A stretch of 64,000 bases of DNA. Source: Eledone cirrhosa (Eukaryota). Shown piece after piece: positions 36,400 through 48,108 of this stretch (its first letter is position 1; the number at the start of each line of letters is the position of its first letter). The translations under genes were made by a program, and so were the position numbers. The notes beneath the pieces were generated by a model that had not been told where the DNA came from, ran no database searches, and saw only the letters and a list, made by a program, of their open reading frames with translations. Where the stretch lies: assembly GCA_964016885.1 (NCBI GenBank), contig OZ024744.1, positions 123,008,001-123,072,000 of the forward strand, in the 5' to 3' direction.

Positions 36400-39300
36400 C
36401 TAAATATAGACGGTGCTGCAAAATTTTTTGGGCCAGTGGACCCTACGACCTGAACGGGTCGTGGTCTTGTAACGTGGCGATGGTGGTGGTGTAGGGACAG
36501 GCGATGATGGTGGTTCAGGAACAGTCGTTCGCTCAACAGGCAAATACGAAGGGGTTCGTGGATCAGGAACCACAGCGACCGTGTCAAGGTGCGCCTGCTT
36601 AAGCCTGTCTAATGTAACTGTCTCCCTGGACCCCTTAATATCTAACGTGAAATGCTTAGCCGAGCGCGCTAAGACACGGTAAGGTCCAGTGTAAGGTTGT
36701 GTGAGCGGGGGCTTCACCGTATCATTCCTTACAAAGACATGCGTCCACGAGGCAATATCCCTCGGGACAGCAGTCTTGACAGTTTGTTTCCTAATGTCCA
36801 TTGGCGGCAAATCCTGGAAATAGGAGCGCAAACGGGACACGTAGGAAGCGTGATCTTGGGCATCAAGATCGATAGGGGCAAGCATTTGCCCGGGCAACGT
36901 CAGAGGGGCACCGTACAGTACTTCGGCCGGTGAAAATCCAAAGTCGACCTTCACCGTTGACCGAATCCCTAGTAGCACAATAGGGAGGTACTCGCTCCGA
37001 TGCGCCGAGTCCATTGAGGCCATTAAGGAGGCCTTCAGTTGGCGGTGAAAACGCTCCACCATACCATTCGAAGCGGGATGGTATGCCGTAGTTCTAATGC
37101 GTTTAGCACCAATTAATTTTGACAGCTCGAGGAAAAGGCTCGACTTGAACTGTCGTCCACGGTCGGTAGTTATTGTGGATGGAACTCCATAACGAGAGAT
37201 CCATCCAGACACAAGAGCACGTGCTGTTGTCTCCGCGGTGATGTTTTTCAAGGGGATGGCCTCAGGCCACCTCGAAAAACGGTCAATGACGGTAAGTAGA
37301 TAAGAAAAACCATCGCTGACAGGCCAAGGCCCCACTATATCAATATGAATATGTGAAAAACGCGCATCTGGGTTAGCAAAGGTACCCAGGGGAGCCTTGA
37401 CGTGTCGATGGACCTTTGATCTCTGGCAAGCGACGCAGGAACGGCACCAAGCAGCAATTTCACGCCTCATATTTGGCCAGAAAAATCTAGCTGATATGAG
37501 CTTTGCTGTGGCAGAAGACCCTGGATGCGAGATACAATGTAATCCCAGAAACACGGTCCGACGATGATTCTCTGGAACGAAGGGCCTAGGCACGTCCAAA
37601 GAGACGTCGCAGAGAATTTGGCCAACTGCAGTCGACAGAGGCAAGTATTTCATCTCGCAATTCGCAAACTCGGGCGATGTGACATCCAATGACTCAAGGG
37701 GAGGCTGATCCGCAGCCAAACGAGTCAGATCTATGTCAGAGGATGACGAGATCGCTGTCACGGGTAAGCGGGACAAAGCATCGGCCGCTGTATTTAGTGA
37801 ACCCGGAATATGCTGGATATCACTCGTATATTGCGAGATGAAATCAAGGTGTCTCGTCTCTCTGGGCGAGTATTTATCAGCCTTCGCTCTCAAAGCAAAA
37901 GTCAATGGTTTATGGTCAGTGAGGATAGTAAATTGTCTACCCTCTAGCATATGTGAAAAATGTTTCACGGCCAAATAGATGGCTAAAAGCTCTCTTCCAA
38001 AGGTGCTGTAGCGCGTCTCAGCAGGATTTAGCTTTTTGGAAAAAAAACTCCAGCGGTTGCTGGTAACCATTGATGTGTTGCTGTAGTACTGCGCCCACAG
38101 CGATATCCGATGCATCAACACAAAGCGTTAGCTTTGCACCGGGTGCCGGGTGAGTCAGTAACGAAGCATTAGCCAAAACAGTTTTGGCGTGCTGAAAATC
38201 AGCAAGTTGAGTCTCGGTCAAAGAAATATCTTTGTTCTTCCTCCGACAATTTTTCAAAATTTCTGTCAGGGAGAACAATTTTGCACAATTTGGCACGAAA
38301 CGCCTATAAAAGTTAACCAGACCTAAGAACTGGCGTAACTGACGTAGTGAGGTCGGTGGAGGCAAATCCTCTATGACCTTAACTCGCTCAGGCCGGGGTC
38401 GAATACCGTCAGCATCGATGACGTGACCCAAGAAAGTCAGTGACTCAACACCAAAAACACATTTGGGTGCATTAAGCTGCACGTTATACGCCTTCAATCG
38501 GCGGAAAAGAAGATTCAAATGGTGCGTATGCTGCTCTGGAGAAGAACTAGCAATGAGCAGATCGTCAATATAGGTATAGACGAAACCGAGGCCGCGAGTA
38601 ACCTCATCCATAAACCGCTGAAAAGTACTAGCGGCATTCCTTAATCCGAACGGCATAGTCAAAAACTCGAAAGACCCAAATGGCGTAACTATAGCCGTTT
38701 TTGGAATGTCATTTTTATGGACAGGAATTTGATGGTACGCACGAATTAAATCCAGTTTGGAGAATATCTTGCGTCCTGCAACGAAGACGCAAAGTCTTGC
38801 AGATGAGGGATAGGATAACGGTCCGGTACCGTTATCGGATTCAGGCGTCGATAATCTCCAGTAGGTCTCCAATCGCCATTCGCTTTCGGTACCATGTGTA
38901 ATGGGGACGCCCACGGGCTCGTGGACGGAGGAATAATCCCCATTTGCAGCATATGATCAAACTCTGATCGTGCTGCTTTGAGTTTGTCCGGAGGCAAGCG
39001 ACGAGGACGAGAGAAAACGGGAGCACCAGTTGTAGATATGAAGTGCTCCGTGGTATGAGTTGGTTCAACAAATCGAAAATTTCCCCGAGTCAGTTGCGGG
39101 AACGAGTTCAACAACGCATGGAAAGGATCGCCGGTGTTAGCAAGAAAAAATGTCGGGCTAACCGTTGGAACTCCTGCTGCCTTGCCAACAACGGTTAATC
39201 CCGTGATGCCATCAATTAGGCGTTTACCACGAAGGTTCACCGTCAATGAAAAATGGTGGAGAAAATCCGCGCCTAGAATCGGATACGGCAAGGCAGCGAC

Positions 39301-39591
39301 AGTAAATATCCATTTAAACTCGCGCCACAGATTACGAAACTGCAAAGGTAACGAGATTTGTCCGAAAGTTCGAATCGGCGAACAATTTACTGCCTGCAAC
39401 TCAATAGGCGTCTCAGGGGGAGTCTCCTTCATACAACACACAAGCCATACGGAACAAGCTGCACCTGTGTCAACCAGAAAAGCTCTACCTGACAGCAGGT
39501 CCTCAATGAAAAAGTGGCGGTTAGATGTTGTTTCGCAGAGCGCACTATCCGCCGTTAGTGACTCTGGTCGTCTTTTCCCTCGTAAGCACAA
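36400..39591 (-). pseudogene. Gypsy pol (protease, RT, RNase H, integrase) with frameshifts
   Basis: FLVDTGA; [31 protein letters not shown]; [18 protein letters not shown]; HHCC, DIVGP, TDRGRQF, NGMVER; YTGPY. Confidence 0.92.
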
Positions 39592-40323
39592 GGAGGCCTA
39601 CAACGGGCGGATTTTTTACCATATCTTTCATGGTAATAACAATATGGTGTTCCTGGTGTGTTGGAACGGCTACGGTGGCGAGAAGTTGAATAACGTCGTG
39701 AGCGGCTCCTCTGCCGTCCAAAGGACCTGAATTCCTTGCACAACTCCGCCATTTGACGAGTCATGGCTTCCATTGTGGTGATTAAATTGCCATCAGACGC
39801 TGATGAGCATGATTGAGGAAGCAACGAACTTTGGCTTCGAGGTGTCTCTCTTCGTCACCTCTACAATTTTGTCAGCAGAGACAGCAATGTGATCCAGGGT
39901 ATTCACCTCTAGCATATGGGCTAGGATCGCCTGTACCTCTTGAGGTAGGCGAGAGAAGAACAATTGCTTCAGGAAAGGGCTATCCTGATCTTGGGAATCG
40001 CTCAAATCCCGCAAATGCCGGAGAAAAACGGTAGGGGTCCTGTCACCTAATCGTTCGTCCTCGATCAGTGACCGAAAACGACTCTCTACCGACTTACAAT
40101 TCCTCCTCAAAATCTCGCCCTTCAAAAACTCATACGTCAAGTCAGAGAGGGGAGGGTCTGTAATTAGGTCTTGGACCGAATCTGCTAGATTAGGGGGAAG
40201 GCCGCTAATCAGTACAGCGAGGCGCTGGTCAGATTCGGTCTTACAGACCGTAAAATACGCCTGTAACTGGGCAAACCACATCTTAGGTTTTCCAGTAAAG
40301 ACGGGCAAATGTGGCACATTCAT
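39555..40323 (-). pseudogene. Gypsy gag (one frameshift near 39810) overlapping pol through a G_GGA_AAA -1 slip site at 39573-39579
   Basis: WFAQLQAYF, LGDRTPTVFLRHLR, LFFSRLP, SRSR-rich segment, C-x2-H-x9-C-x3-C. Confidence 0.85.
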
Positions 40324-41195
40324 GTTAACTTTTATAAAAAAAATATATACATATATATCTAAATAGCAATTAATGCACCCTTGTACAGTAAAAAGAGAAC
40401 AGCCAGAATTGAGAAAAAGTTAAAGGGCAAAAAGAAACAGACATTCAAAACATAAGGAAATATGAAAAATACATAAAATACAGATATATATCTTTAAAAA
40501 AAAAAATTTTCCTTCAACGTCTGTCCCCTCGCGTTGCTTCAACGAACCAGCCAAATCAAATAAGGTAAAAAAAAAAGGAGGAGGAAAAAAATGTTTGTTT
40601 TTTAAAAAAAAATATATCCGCGTTGGATATCAACAAAGGTAGCCAGTGGCTAAAAATCCCTTAGAAAAAGGTAAGGCATGTATATCCCCATGCGGGGCAG
40701 TTATGTTCACAAAAAAAAGTTTAGTCTCTTCTCTCTTGATCAGTCATGGAACACATACGCAATTCAAAAAATGTGTCCGTTACAAAACTGGGAAGTAACG
40801 CAACGCCACCTTGGAAAAATACACTTTTTTCTTTTTTCTTCTGTAAGTTGCGAAAAAGTTGGCAACGGAAATGAAATATTCAAGTGAATAAAAAAAAGTT
40901 GCTCTAAATTATCGACACGAATGAATCGTTTTGATATTTCCGATGTGTGGTGGTTTGCGTCGGTAAGGCTATGAAGCTGCCACTCACTATTCCCTGTTTT
41001 GGTCAGTGGTTAAACAATGTTGTCGCTGATGCTGCTGTCGTTGTTGTTGTCGAGTGTAGCAAAAAGTTTTTGAAATACTACTAATTTTTCAATAATTTTA
41101 AAAGGAATATTTTTTATTTTCGCAAGTTGCGAAAAAAGGCCGGCAACGTGGCAATAAAAGTTCAGCTGAATGAAAAAGAAGGGCTGCGTTAAATT

Positions 41196-41211
41196 CTTAC
41201 GTCGGTCACCA
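41196..41211 (-). other. Primer-binding site, tRNA-Trp-like
   Basis: TGGTGACCGACGT directly inside the 5' LTR; complement of the tRNA-Trp 3' end (TGGTGACCCCGACGT) lacking two C. Confidence 0.75.
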
Positions 41212-41212
41212 C

Positions 41213-41452
41213 TTTAGCAGTATTAGTTATAGATGTTATCGAGATACGAGTGACATAATAATTATTTCAACAGCAGAAATTAGAGATGAAATATACGTTT
41301 ATATTTTGATGTAGCACAAACAATGGTGTTGTACAGTACAGAGGCTGGTTTCTTGCGTGTGATCCGTCGGCTTTCCAGTGGCTGTCTGTCTTTTCTTTCT
41401 GGCGTTCTCAACCGGCGTTGTTCTATCAAGGAGCGTGAGGCGTCTTACTACA
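41213..41452 (-). repeat. 5' LTR
   Basis: Starts TGTAG on the minus strand; followed by the PBS. Confidence 0.92.
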
Positions 41453-43260
41453 AGCATATACACAGGTTCTTCAAGTGATACGGCCTATCCGTAACTATGG
41501 ACCTCAACCACCAGGTTGTCAACTTCCTGGACGTGACCCTGGAGTTGAGTACGGGCCTATACAAGCCATACCACAAGACTGGAGAGAGCCTTTCTTATAT
41601 TAATTATGCCTCCAACCACCCTAAGCAGACTCTCAACTCCATAGTCTATAGTATCTCACATAGGATCTCGAGGCTCTCCGCCAATGAGGATATCTTCAAC
41701 CAAGCGGCAGATTATTACAATAGGTCCTTGATAAGCGCCGGTTTTAACCGAGGAATCTCCTACATCCCTAACGCTATCTCCAGAACCCCCCCCCCCCCCC
41801 CCTCATAAGACTAACGTTATAGTAAGCCATACCTATAACCGATCACGCGGCAACTTCGAAGGAGTCGGATATAATAGTATAGATAATCGCACTAAGGAAC
41901 ACGGCCGCAACGTTAATTACACTGGCGATAGTATAGGTAACTTACCACACAATAAATATCACGACCCCGGTGACAGTGACCACTGTAGCCTACTTGAATT
42001 ATTCCTCTACTATAAAATCAACAAAGACGACGGCCTACTACCAACGCCTTCCAAACAACATCTTCCTCTACGTAAACATAGCAGAAGAAAGGAGAGTGCA
42101 CCCGAGCATAAAGCGAAAGGGACATGCAACGGGCTACAGTGCATTAACATGCATAAGAACGGTCACCCTGATAGCACTACCCGTAGCAAACGTACTAAGA
42201 CACGTAATCGCCACCGTAACGTGCTATGGTTCCAACCCGCCTACTCTCGGAGTGTGGCCTCCGACATACCCCGGATATTCTTCGAAGCCTTAGAGAAGAA
42301 TTTCCCACCCCACCATAGGTATAGGAAAATCCTTAATAGGAACAATAATAATAGCCTTACCGTGGGAGCTAGAAGGGACCGCAACCGAAATTGCAACTGC
42401 CGCGACAGGGGACGCTGCCCTCTTAGGGGAAACTGCTTGACTGATGGGGTTATATATAGGCGCACCGTAACTAGCCATAATAGCGTTAAACATTATATAG
42501 GGGCTACCTCCGGCCCGTTCAAAATTAGATTTCGAACACATCTCCACTCTTTCGCAAATAAGAAATTAAGACACTCCACTTCGCTCGCGAACTACATCAC
42601 AGCATTAAAAGACTTAAATATCAGCTTCTCCACGCACTGGGAAATTTTCGGTAGAGCTGCACCGTACAACTTCAAGAGAAAGTGCGAGTTTTGCCTCATG
42701 GAGCTCTGCCACATCATAACGGCACCCCACGAGCTCATCAACAGCAGAGCTGAAACGACGATAAGCTGTACACACCGCTTAAACATATCCTACTTCAGAT
42801 GGAATATGAATGAGGAATGAAACCGTAAACAGGGTCTCCCTGTACCAAGCTTTAACACACCGGCGGGCAGACGCTGCTAAAACATCCGGAAACTAACCAT
42901 GCATCCCAGACCCGGCATGAATCGACTCAGGCGGGCAGGCGCAGAAAACAAACGTCTCGAAACAAACGTTGCATACCTGACCCTGTGCGTATCGGCAATG
43001 GTCAGGTAGTAACCCCATGCTTGTATCGGATAAAAAAAATTGTCCCGAAAGGACTGCCCTAACACCGGCCAGAGTTATCTCCCTTGACCTACTGCAAAAT
43101 CAAAACATGTTTTTTTTACGAAGAATGAATTCTGACGTGAACTTATCTCTAAAAACTCATTCGAGGTCATGCAAGGAACGCTTTTTAGTTATTATGCCCT
43201 TGAGAAGCCCATTCGGGCGAAACATACGTAGGTGCTATTTTAAATAAACATGTTTTAACG
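41453..43260 (+). pseudogene. Hydra-type PLE, 3' half (thumb, linker, GIY-YIG) and pLTR
   Basis: VNFLDVTL, SNHP, ISRLS, WFQPAYS, CNCRDRGRCPLRGNC, YIG, CEFC; stop at 42820. Confidence 0.87.
43196..43235 (+). ncRNA. Variant minimal hammerhead motif (UUGAGAA core)
   Basis: gccc TTGAGAA gccc attc gggc GAAAC atac GT A ggtgc, downstream of the PLE ORF. Confidence 0.65.
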
Positions 43261-43502
43261 GCCTGTTTTCCTGTATTTTACTCCACGTGCTTACGCTCTG
43301 CTAATTCTCTCGCCCACTAGATATTAACACTTCTAATATTTAACATTGACGGCACTAGTATTGAGCACCCTCTGCATACGCTATTTGGCAAATAACTACA
43401 TGTATCACCTATCCTTCCTTTTCTCTCTCTCGATACGTAAATATTCTCTCTCTCTATATATATATATATAAGAACAAAAGATGGTTAAAAGAGTTCCATG
43501 TA

Positions 43503-43569
43503 TTTTATTATGCGTATTTCAAAAACAAATATCATCATGCAATAATATTTGTGTTTTCATCAGATAAAA
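43503..43569 (-). ncRNA. Type I hammerhead ribozyme motif, canonical core
   Basis: Minus strand ttttat CTGATGA aaacacaaatatt-loop-gatatttgttttt GAA AT acgc AT A ataaaa. Confidence 0.78.
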
Positions 43570-43931
43570 CAGGAAGACATGATACCTTCATAGGTTAAAA
43601 AACACTTGTGGGTAGTGCAGTTTTAAATCAACATATGAGAAGTAGTTTTAGATTGATGTGTGATATTGGGAAAAATATTTTATTTTAAGGGGGGGGGGGT
43701 GAAAAAGAGCAGGAGATGAGAGTAAAAAGTGGAGAGGGAGGAGTATAATGAGGAAGGATGAGATAGGAGGAGAGATGGGTGATAGAGAGAGAGAGATAGC
43801 TTTTATAACTGAGAAAGATATATTGTTTTACATAGAGAGGTTGAAAACCGTTGGAAGATAATGTATAAATTAAAAGAATTTGAAAATTAACGAAGAGAAA
43901 AATAATGTAAAGTTAAGGTTTGTATATTGAG

Positions 43932-44097
43932 GGGTTTAATAATATGTGCGATGAAAAGAAAATGTTAATATGTATTAAGAATAATATTTAAGGGTTTAAT
44001 AACATGTGCGATGGAAAGAAAAAGTTAATATGTATTAAGAATGATATTTAAGGGTTTAATAATATGTGCGATGGAAAGAAAATGTTGATATGTATTA
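43932..44097. repeat. 60-bp tandem repeat, ~2.8 copies
   Basis: gggtttaataatatgtgcgatg.aaagaaaa.gttaatatgtatta recurs at 60-bp spacing. Confidence 0.85.
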
Positions 44098-44455
44098 TTA
44101 AAAAGAACAACAGGTAATTTAAGTAAGGATATATTGTGAGATGAGCATGAATGAGTTAGATGAAAGGGAGAAAAGAATAATGAATTGAGGATGAATAATC
44201 TAACGTCAAAAATATATTTATTTTTACGAAGGATTTTTACAAGGTGATATGGAGTAAGAACGTATTGTATTATGTAATAATTGATTCTATGTTAGGCAAC
44301 AGTGAGAAAGGGTACAGATTAGGGGTTAGACATAAAACACATGGAAACACACACACAAACAAACACACATACACACGTACTCACAAATATACAACACACA
44401 CAACCTTAATTATATTTAGAAGTCTTGTTAGGTTTTCTATCTACTTATTTATCAG

Positions 44456-44502
44456 CCTCTCTGTCTATCTGTCTGTCTGTCTATCTGTCTGTCTATCTAT
44501 AT
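44456..44502. repeat. (TCTG/TCTA)n microsatellite at the 5' junction of the LINE array
   Basis: ctctctgtctatctgtctgtctgtctatctgtctgtctatctat. Confidence 0.9.
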
Positions 44503-47500
44503 AGGTCACATTGTATAGATGTGATAGCCATCACCGAGTCCAGGATTCACGACAAGCAGCAGCTAACCTCCATGTTCGATGATTTTGAGATCTACGCATC
44601 TCCCTGTCAGCCAGGAGGTGAAGGGGGAGTTGCTGTTCTGTTTCGAAAAAACTTGGATTTCAAAATACAGACGATTCACTTGGACCCGCAGGGCAGCCTG
44701 GTGGTCCTGGACGTGAATGGTAATGAAGGTGGAACTTTCAGACTGGTGGCCGGATATGCCCCGACTGGGACATCGCGACCAGAGTTCTTCAAGCGCCTAG
44801 AGCCATTCCTGGGAACGTCTCGCTCCTTAGTGTCAGCGGGGGACTGGAATGGCATCTTAGACGCACGTTGGGACTATGTAGGAGCTTGTGATAATAGAGG
44901 GGGGTGTAATAGCCTCAAAAATCTCATCAGCCAATTCCAACTGGTTGATAGATATCGACTAGACTTCCCAAGTGTACCACTGTGTACGTGGAGCAACCGC
45001 ACTGGGTCTTCTAGATCGTATTTAGATAGATTTTTAATTAGACAGAATGATAAGGAAACATTAAGCTGTCCACAAATGCACATGGTTGCCTATTCAGACC
45101 ACAAATTAGTCACCTGCGCAGTCAACCTTGATAGATCACATAGACAGGGACCCGGATACTGGAAGCTAAACATGTCGCTCCCGGCGCGTAAGGCCTACAG
45201 TAAACGGATTAGCACCTTAGTTAAGTGCCAGTTGACGGGGGCGATCGTAAACAACAGGTAGTGGAGCTCTCTCAAGAGAGCAATTAGAATAGAATCGATA
45301 GCATTTAGCAAGGAAGTAGCTTTAGTAAAAAACAAAACTGAAAAGGAACTGGTAGCTAAAATAGAAGAGGCACTTAGGAATGGCAGTACAGCTGACGTGC
45401 TAGCGGCGAGAACGGCACTAGACCAGTTCTTCAACGTGAAACACGAAGGTTGTATTGTCAGAAGTAGAACACGTGCTCTAAGAAACGAGGGAGCCAAAGC
45501 TGTTAGCTGGGCCCGAGTGGCAGAGGCGAAAAGTGGCAACAAATCCACAATTCGGTCTTTGCAAGACAAAGATGGACGCATTATACTTGAATCCAAGCAA
45601 ATGTGCGCGGCCTTCCAGCAGCATTTTGCAAAACTGTTCGGGCAAAGCGATACATCAAGCGAGGTGATGGACTTCAGCTCCTACCTCGACGGCGTACCGC
45701 GACTCTCGAGCACGGATGCGGAGAGCTGCGAAAGGCCGATCACAGTGGGCGAAATAGAAGATGCCCTAGGCCGCTGCGGGAAACGCAAATCACCCGGTTT
45801 AGATGGTCTGCCCTATGAGTTTTACATAGGCAAGCCAGACTTGTTCTCTGGCGTCCTCGAAGCGGTCTACTGCAACTGGCAGCAGAACGGGAGGATTCCC
45901 AGTTCTGTAGGTAGAGGCGTAGTAACGCTGATCAGAAAAGATGAGAACAAGGGGGATGAGATAAGCAATTTCAGGTCCATAACTCTGCTCAACACAGAGT
46001 TAAAAATTTTTGCCAAGGTGTTAGCAGCAAGGCTGGCGCTTGTCGTCGAGAACCTGGTAGGGGAAGCCCAAACGTGTGCAATCCCGACCAGGTCATACAC
46101 GAAAACCTCCACCTCATGCGATACATCATAGAGAGGGTAGGGTGTAAACCTGGCTTTGGTGGGGCTCTGATGAATTTAGATCAGTCTAAGGCATTTGATA
46201 GGGTCGACCATCAATACTTGGAAGCAGTTCTCAAGGCGGCCGGCTTCGGTCCCGTCTTCAGAGGCTGGATCGCTGCCATGCACACCAGTATCTGCTCGGC
46301 AGTCAAGGTGAATGGTTACCTATCAGAGACATTCCAAATCATGCGTTCCATCCGTCAGAGATGCCCTCTCTCCTCCATTCTGTATGTACTGACTCTCGAG
46401 CCGTTACTGCGGAAATTGGAGCTGTTGCAGGGCATCCCGATCGAACCAGGACTGCAGAAAGCAGTGTTGGCCTATGCCGACGACATAAAGGTAATGGTGT
46501 CGAAAACCTCGGAAATCAAGGTAATCCGCAACCTATTACAGGAATACGAAACGTTGACAGGAGCAAGATTAAACCCAAACAAGTCTGTCGGTTTGCAACT
46601 CGGCACATGGAGAGACAAACCCATGCCTTCCGACAGTGTCGTTGGACGCTGGATGGAAGGACCGGTGAAATTGCTCGGGGTTTGGTTCGGTCCAGACCTC
46701 CAGGTGGAGAAAAACTGGAACGAGGTCACGGCCAAGGTGTTTGCACTCACCCAGAAGTGGGCTGAGTGCAAACTCTCCTTGAAAGGTCGAGCGGAGGTGG
46801 CGAACACTTACATAGCGTCCGTCATCTACTACCGCTTGACAGTCGTGCCTTGCCCCCGCGAATACCTTACCAAAATGGAACGCCTACTCTTCAAGTTCCT
46901 CTGGAAGAAACAGGCTCCTTTGGTGTGGAGATCCATTTGCTGTCAACTCCCTTCTAACGGAGGGCTGGGCAGCCGTGGCTGATGATGCGCAAACATGCGC
47001 TGAGGCTACGCCATCTCCAGGTATTCCTGACCGGCTAACCGGTGTGGCTGTCGTTTGTGAGACGAGCTCTTCCACAACTCGTCTCACTAACAGACCTGCA
47101 ATCCTGGGTCAAGCGAAGACCGAAAATGGGTGTCTGTCACCTGGAGTGCCTACAGGCGCTCACAGCCCTCTACCAAGCGGAAACAGCAATCAGCGGAGAC
47201 TCCACTTCGACAATCTATAGGGGATTACTGGAGGATAAGTGCGACGACGTTCTCGGGGAAACTCTAGGCATCGAGGAGGACGAACTGACCAGTCTGTTCG
47301 GGAGAACTTTCCATCCAGGGCCTATGGATAACTTCCAGAGGTCTCTGGCCTGGCAGTGTTACCAAGGAGCTCTACCAGTTCGAGACAAAATCTACAGGCA
47401 CGGACGCCCTGGCAGAGATCCTGCCAAAAGTACCTGTCCAAGATGCGAGCAGGACATTGAAACCATTCTGCACGCAATTGTTCAGTGCCCAGGGGTGACC

Positions 47501-48108
47501 GACCTGTGGAATTATGTCGAACAGCTGCTGTCACGGGTAGGACGCATCCAGTTGTCAGCCGAGTCCATCGTGACGATCACGCCGCCGCCTTCATTTAAGA
47601 ACGAAGGAGGAGCGGCTTTTCTCTGTCTGGTGGCTATGGCGAAAGAGGTAATATGGTGGACGAGGTTAAAAGGACTGAGGGCAAACACCTTTCTCTCCGG
47701 ACAACAACTTATCCCCTTCTTTAAGTATCACTTCAGAAGGAAGGTGAGAGTGAAGAGAGGGGTGCTACACCCCAGTAAATTCGCTGAAAGGTGGGTGAAT
47801 GTGGCGAAAATGGCCCGAGTGAATGGGCCTTCTCTGTATATAAACCTGTAGGTTGAGGAAGATAAACAGGGGGAAGACAGGAACACCTACAAAACGTGTT
47901 CCTGGTGTTGAGGGTTGTTCTATCCACGGGGTGTAAAACAACCCTGCAGTAACGTTCCCCTCTACTGGGGATTTCTATTGTTATTTTATTATATATAGTT
48001 TAATGTTATTTATTAATATTAAAGTTATTTTTTATGTAAAACTCCCGCCGTCACGTCTTGTAATGTCCCTTGTACGACCCTGTGGCAAATAAAGAAAGAT
48101 ATCTATCT
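44503..48108 (+). mobile_element. Tx1/L1-clade LINE copy 2 (subfamily B), 5'-truncated in the EN domain
   Basis: GDWN, SYLDR, SDHK, SPGLDGLP, AYADD, CPRC..H....C finger; stop 47851; AATAAA 48088; tatctatct tail. Confidence 0.9.

Larger units (their letters stand above)
35941..41452 (-). mobile_element. Full-length Ty3/Gypsy LTR retrotransposon, CsRn1-like clade
   Basis: LTRs 35941-36175 and 41213-41452; AGCA TSD; tRNA-Trp-like PBS; CHCC gag motif [18 protein letters not shown]; PR-RT-RH-IN order. Confidence 0.92.

Noticed and set aside
41467-41480. In-frame TGA in the Hydra-type PLE read as selenocysteine
   Set aside because: Single TGA at a non-Cys-motif position in a copy with other lesions; no SECIS recognised.
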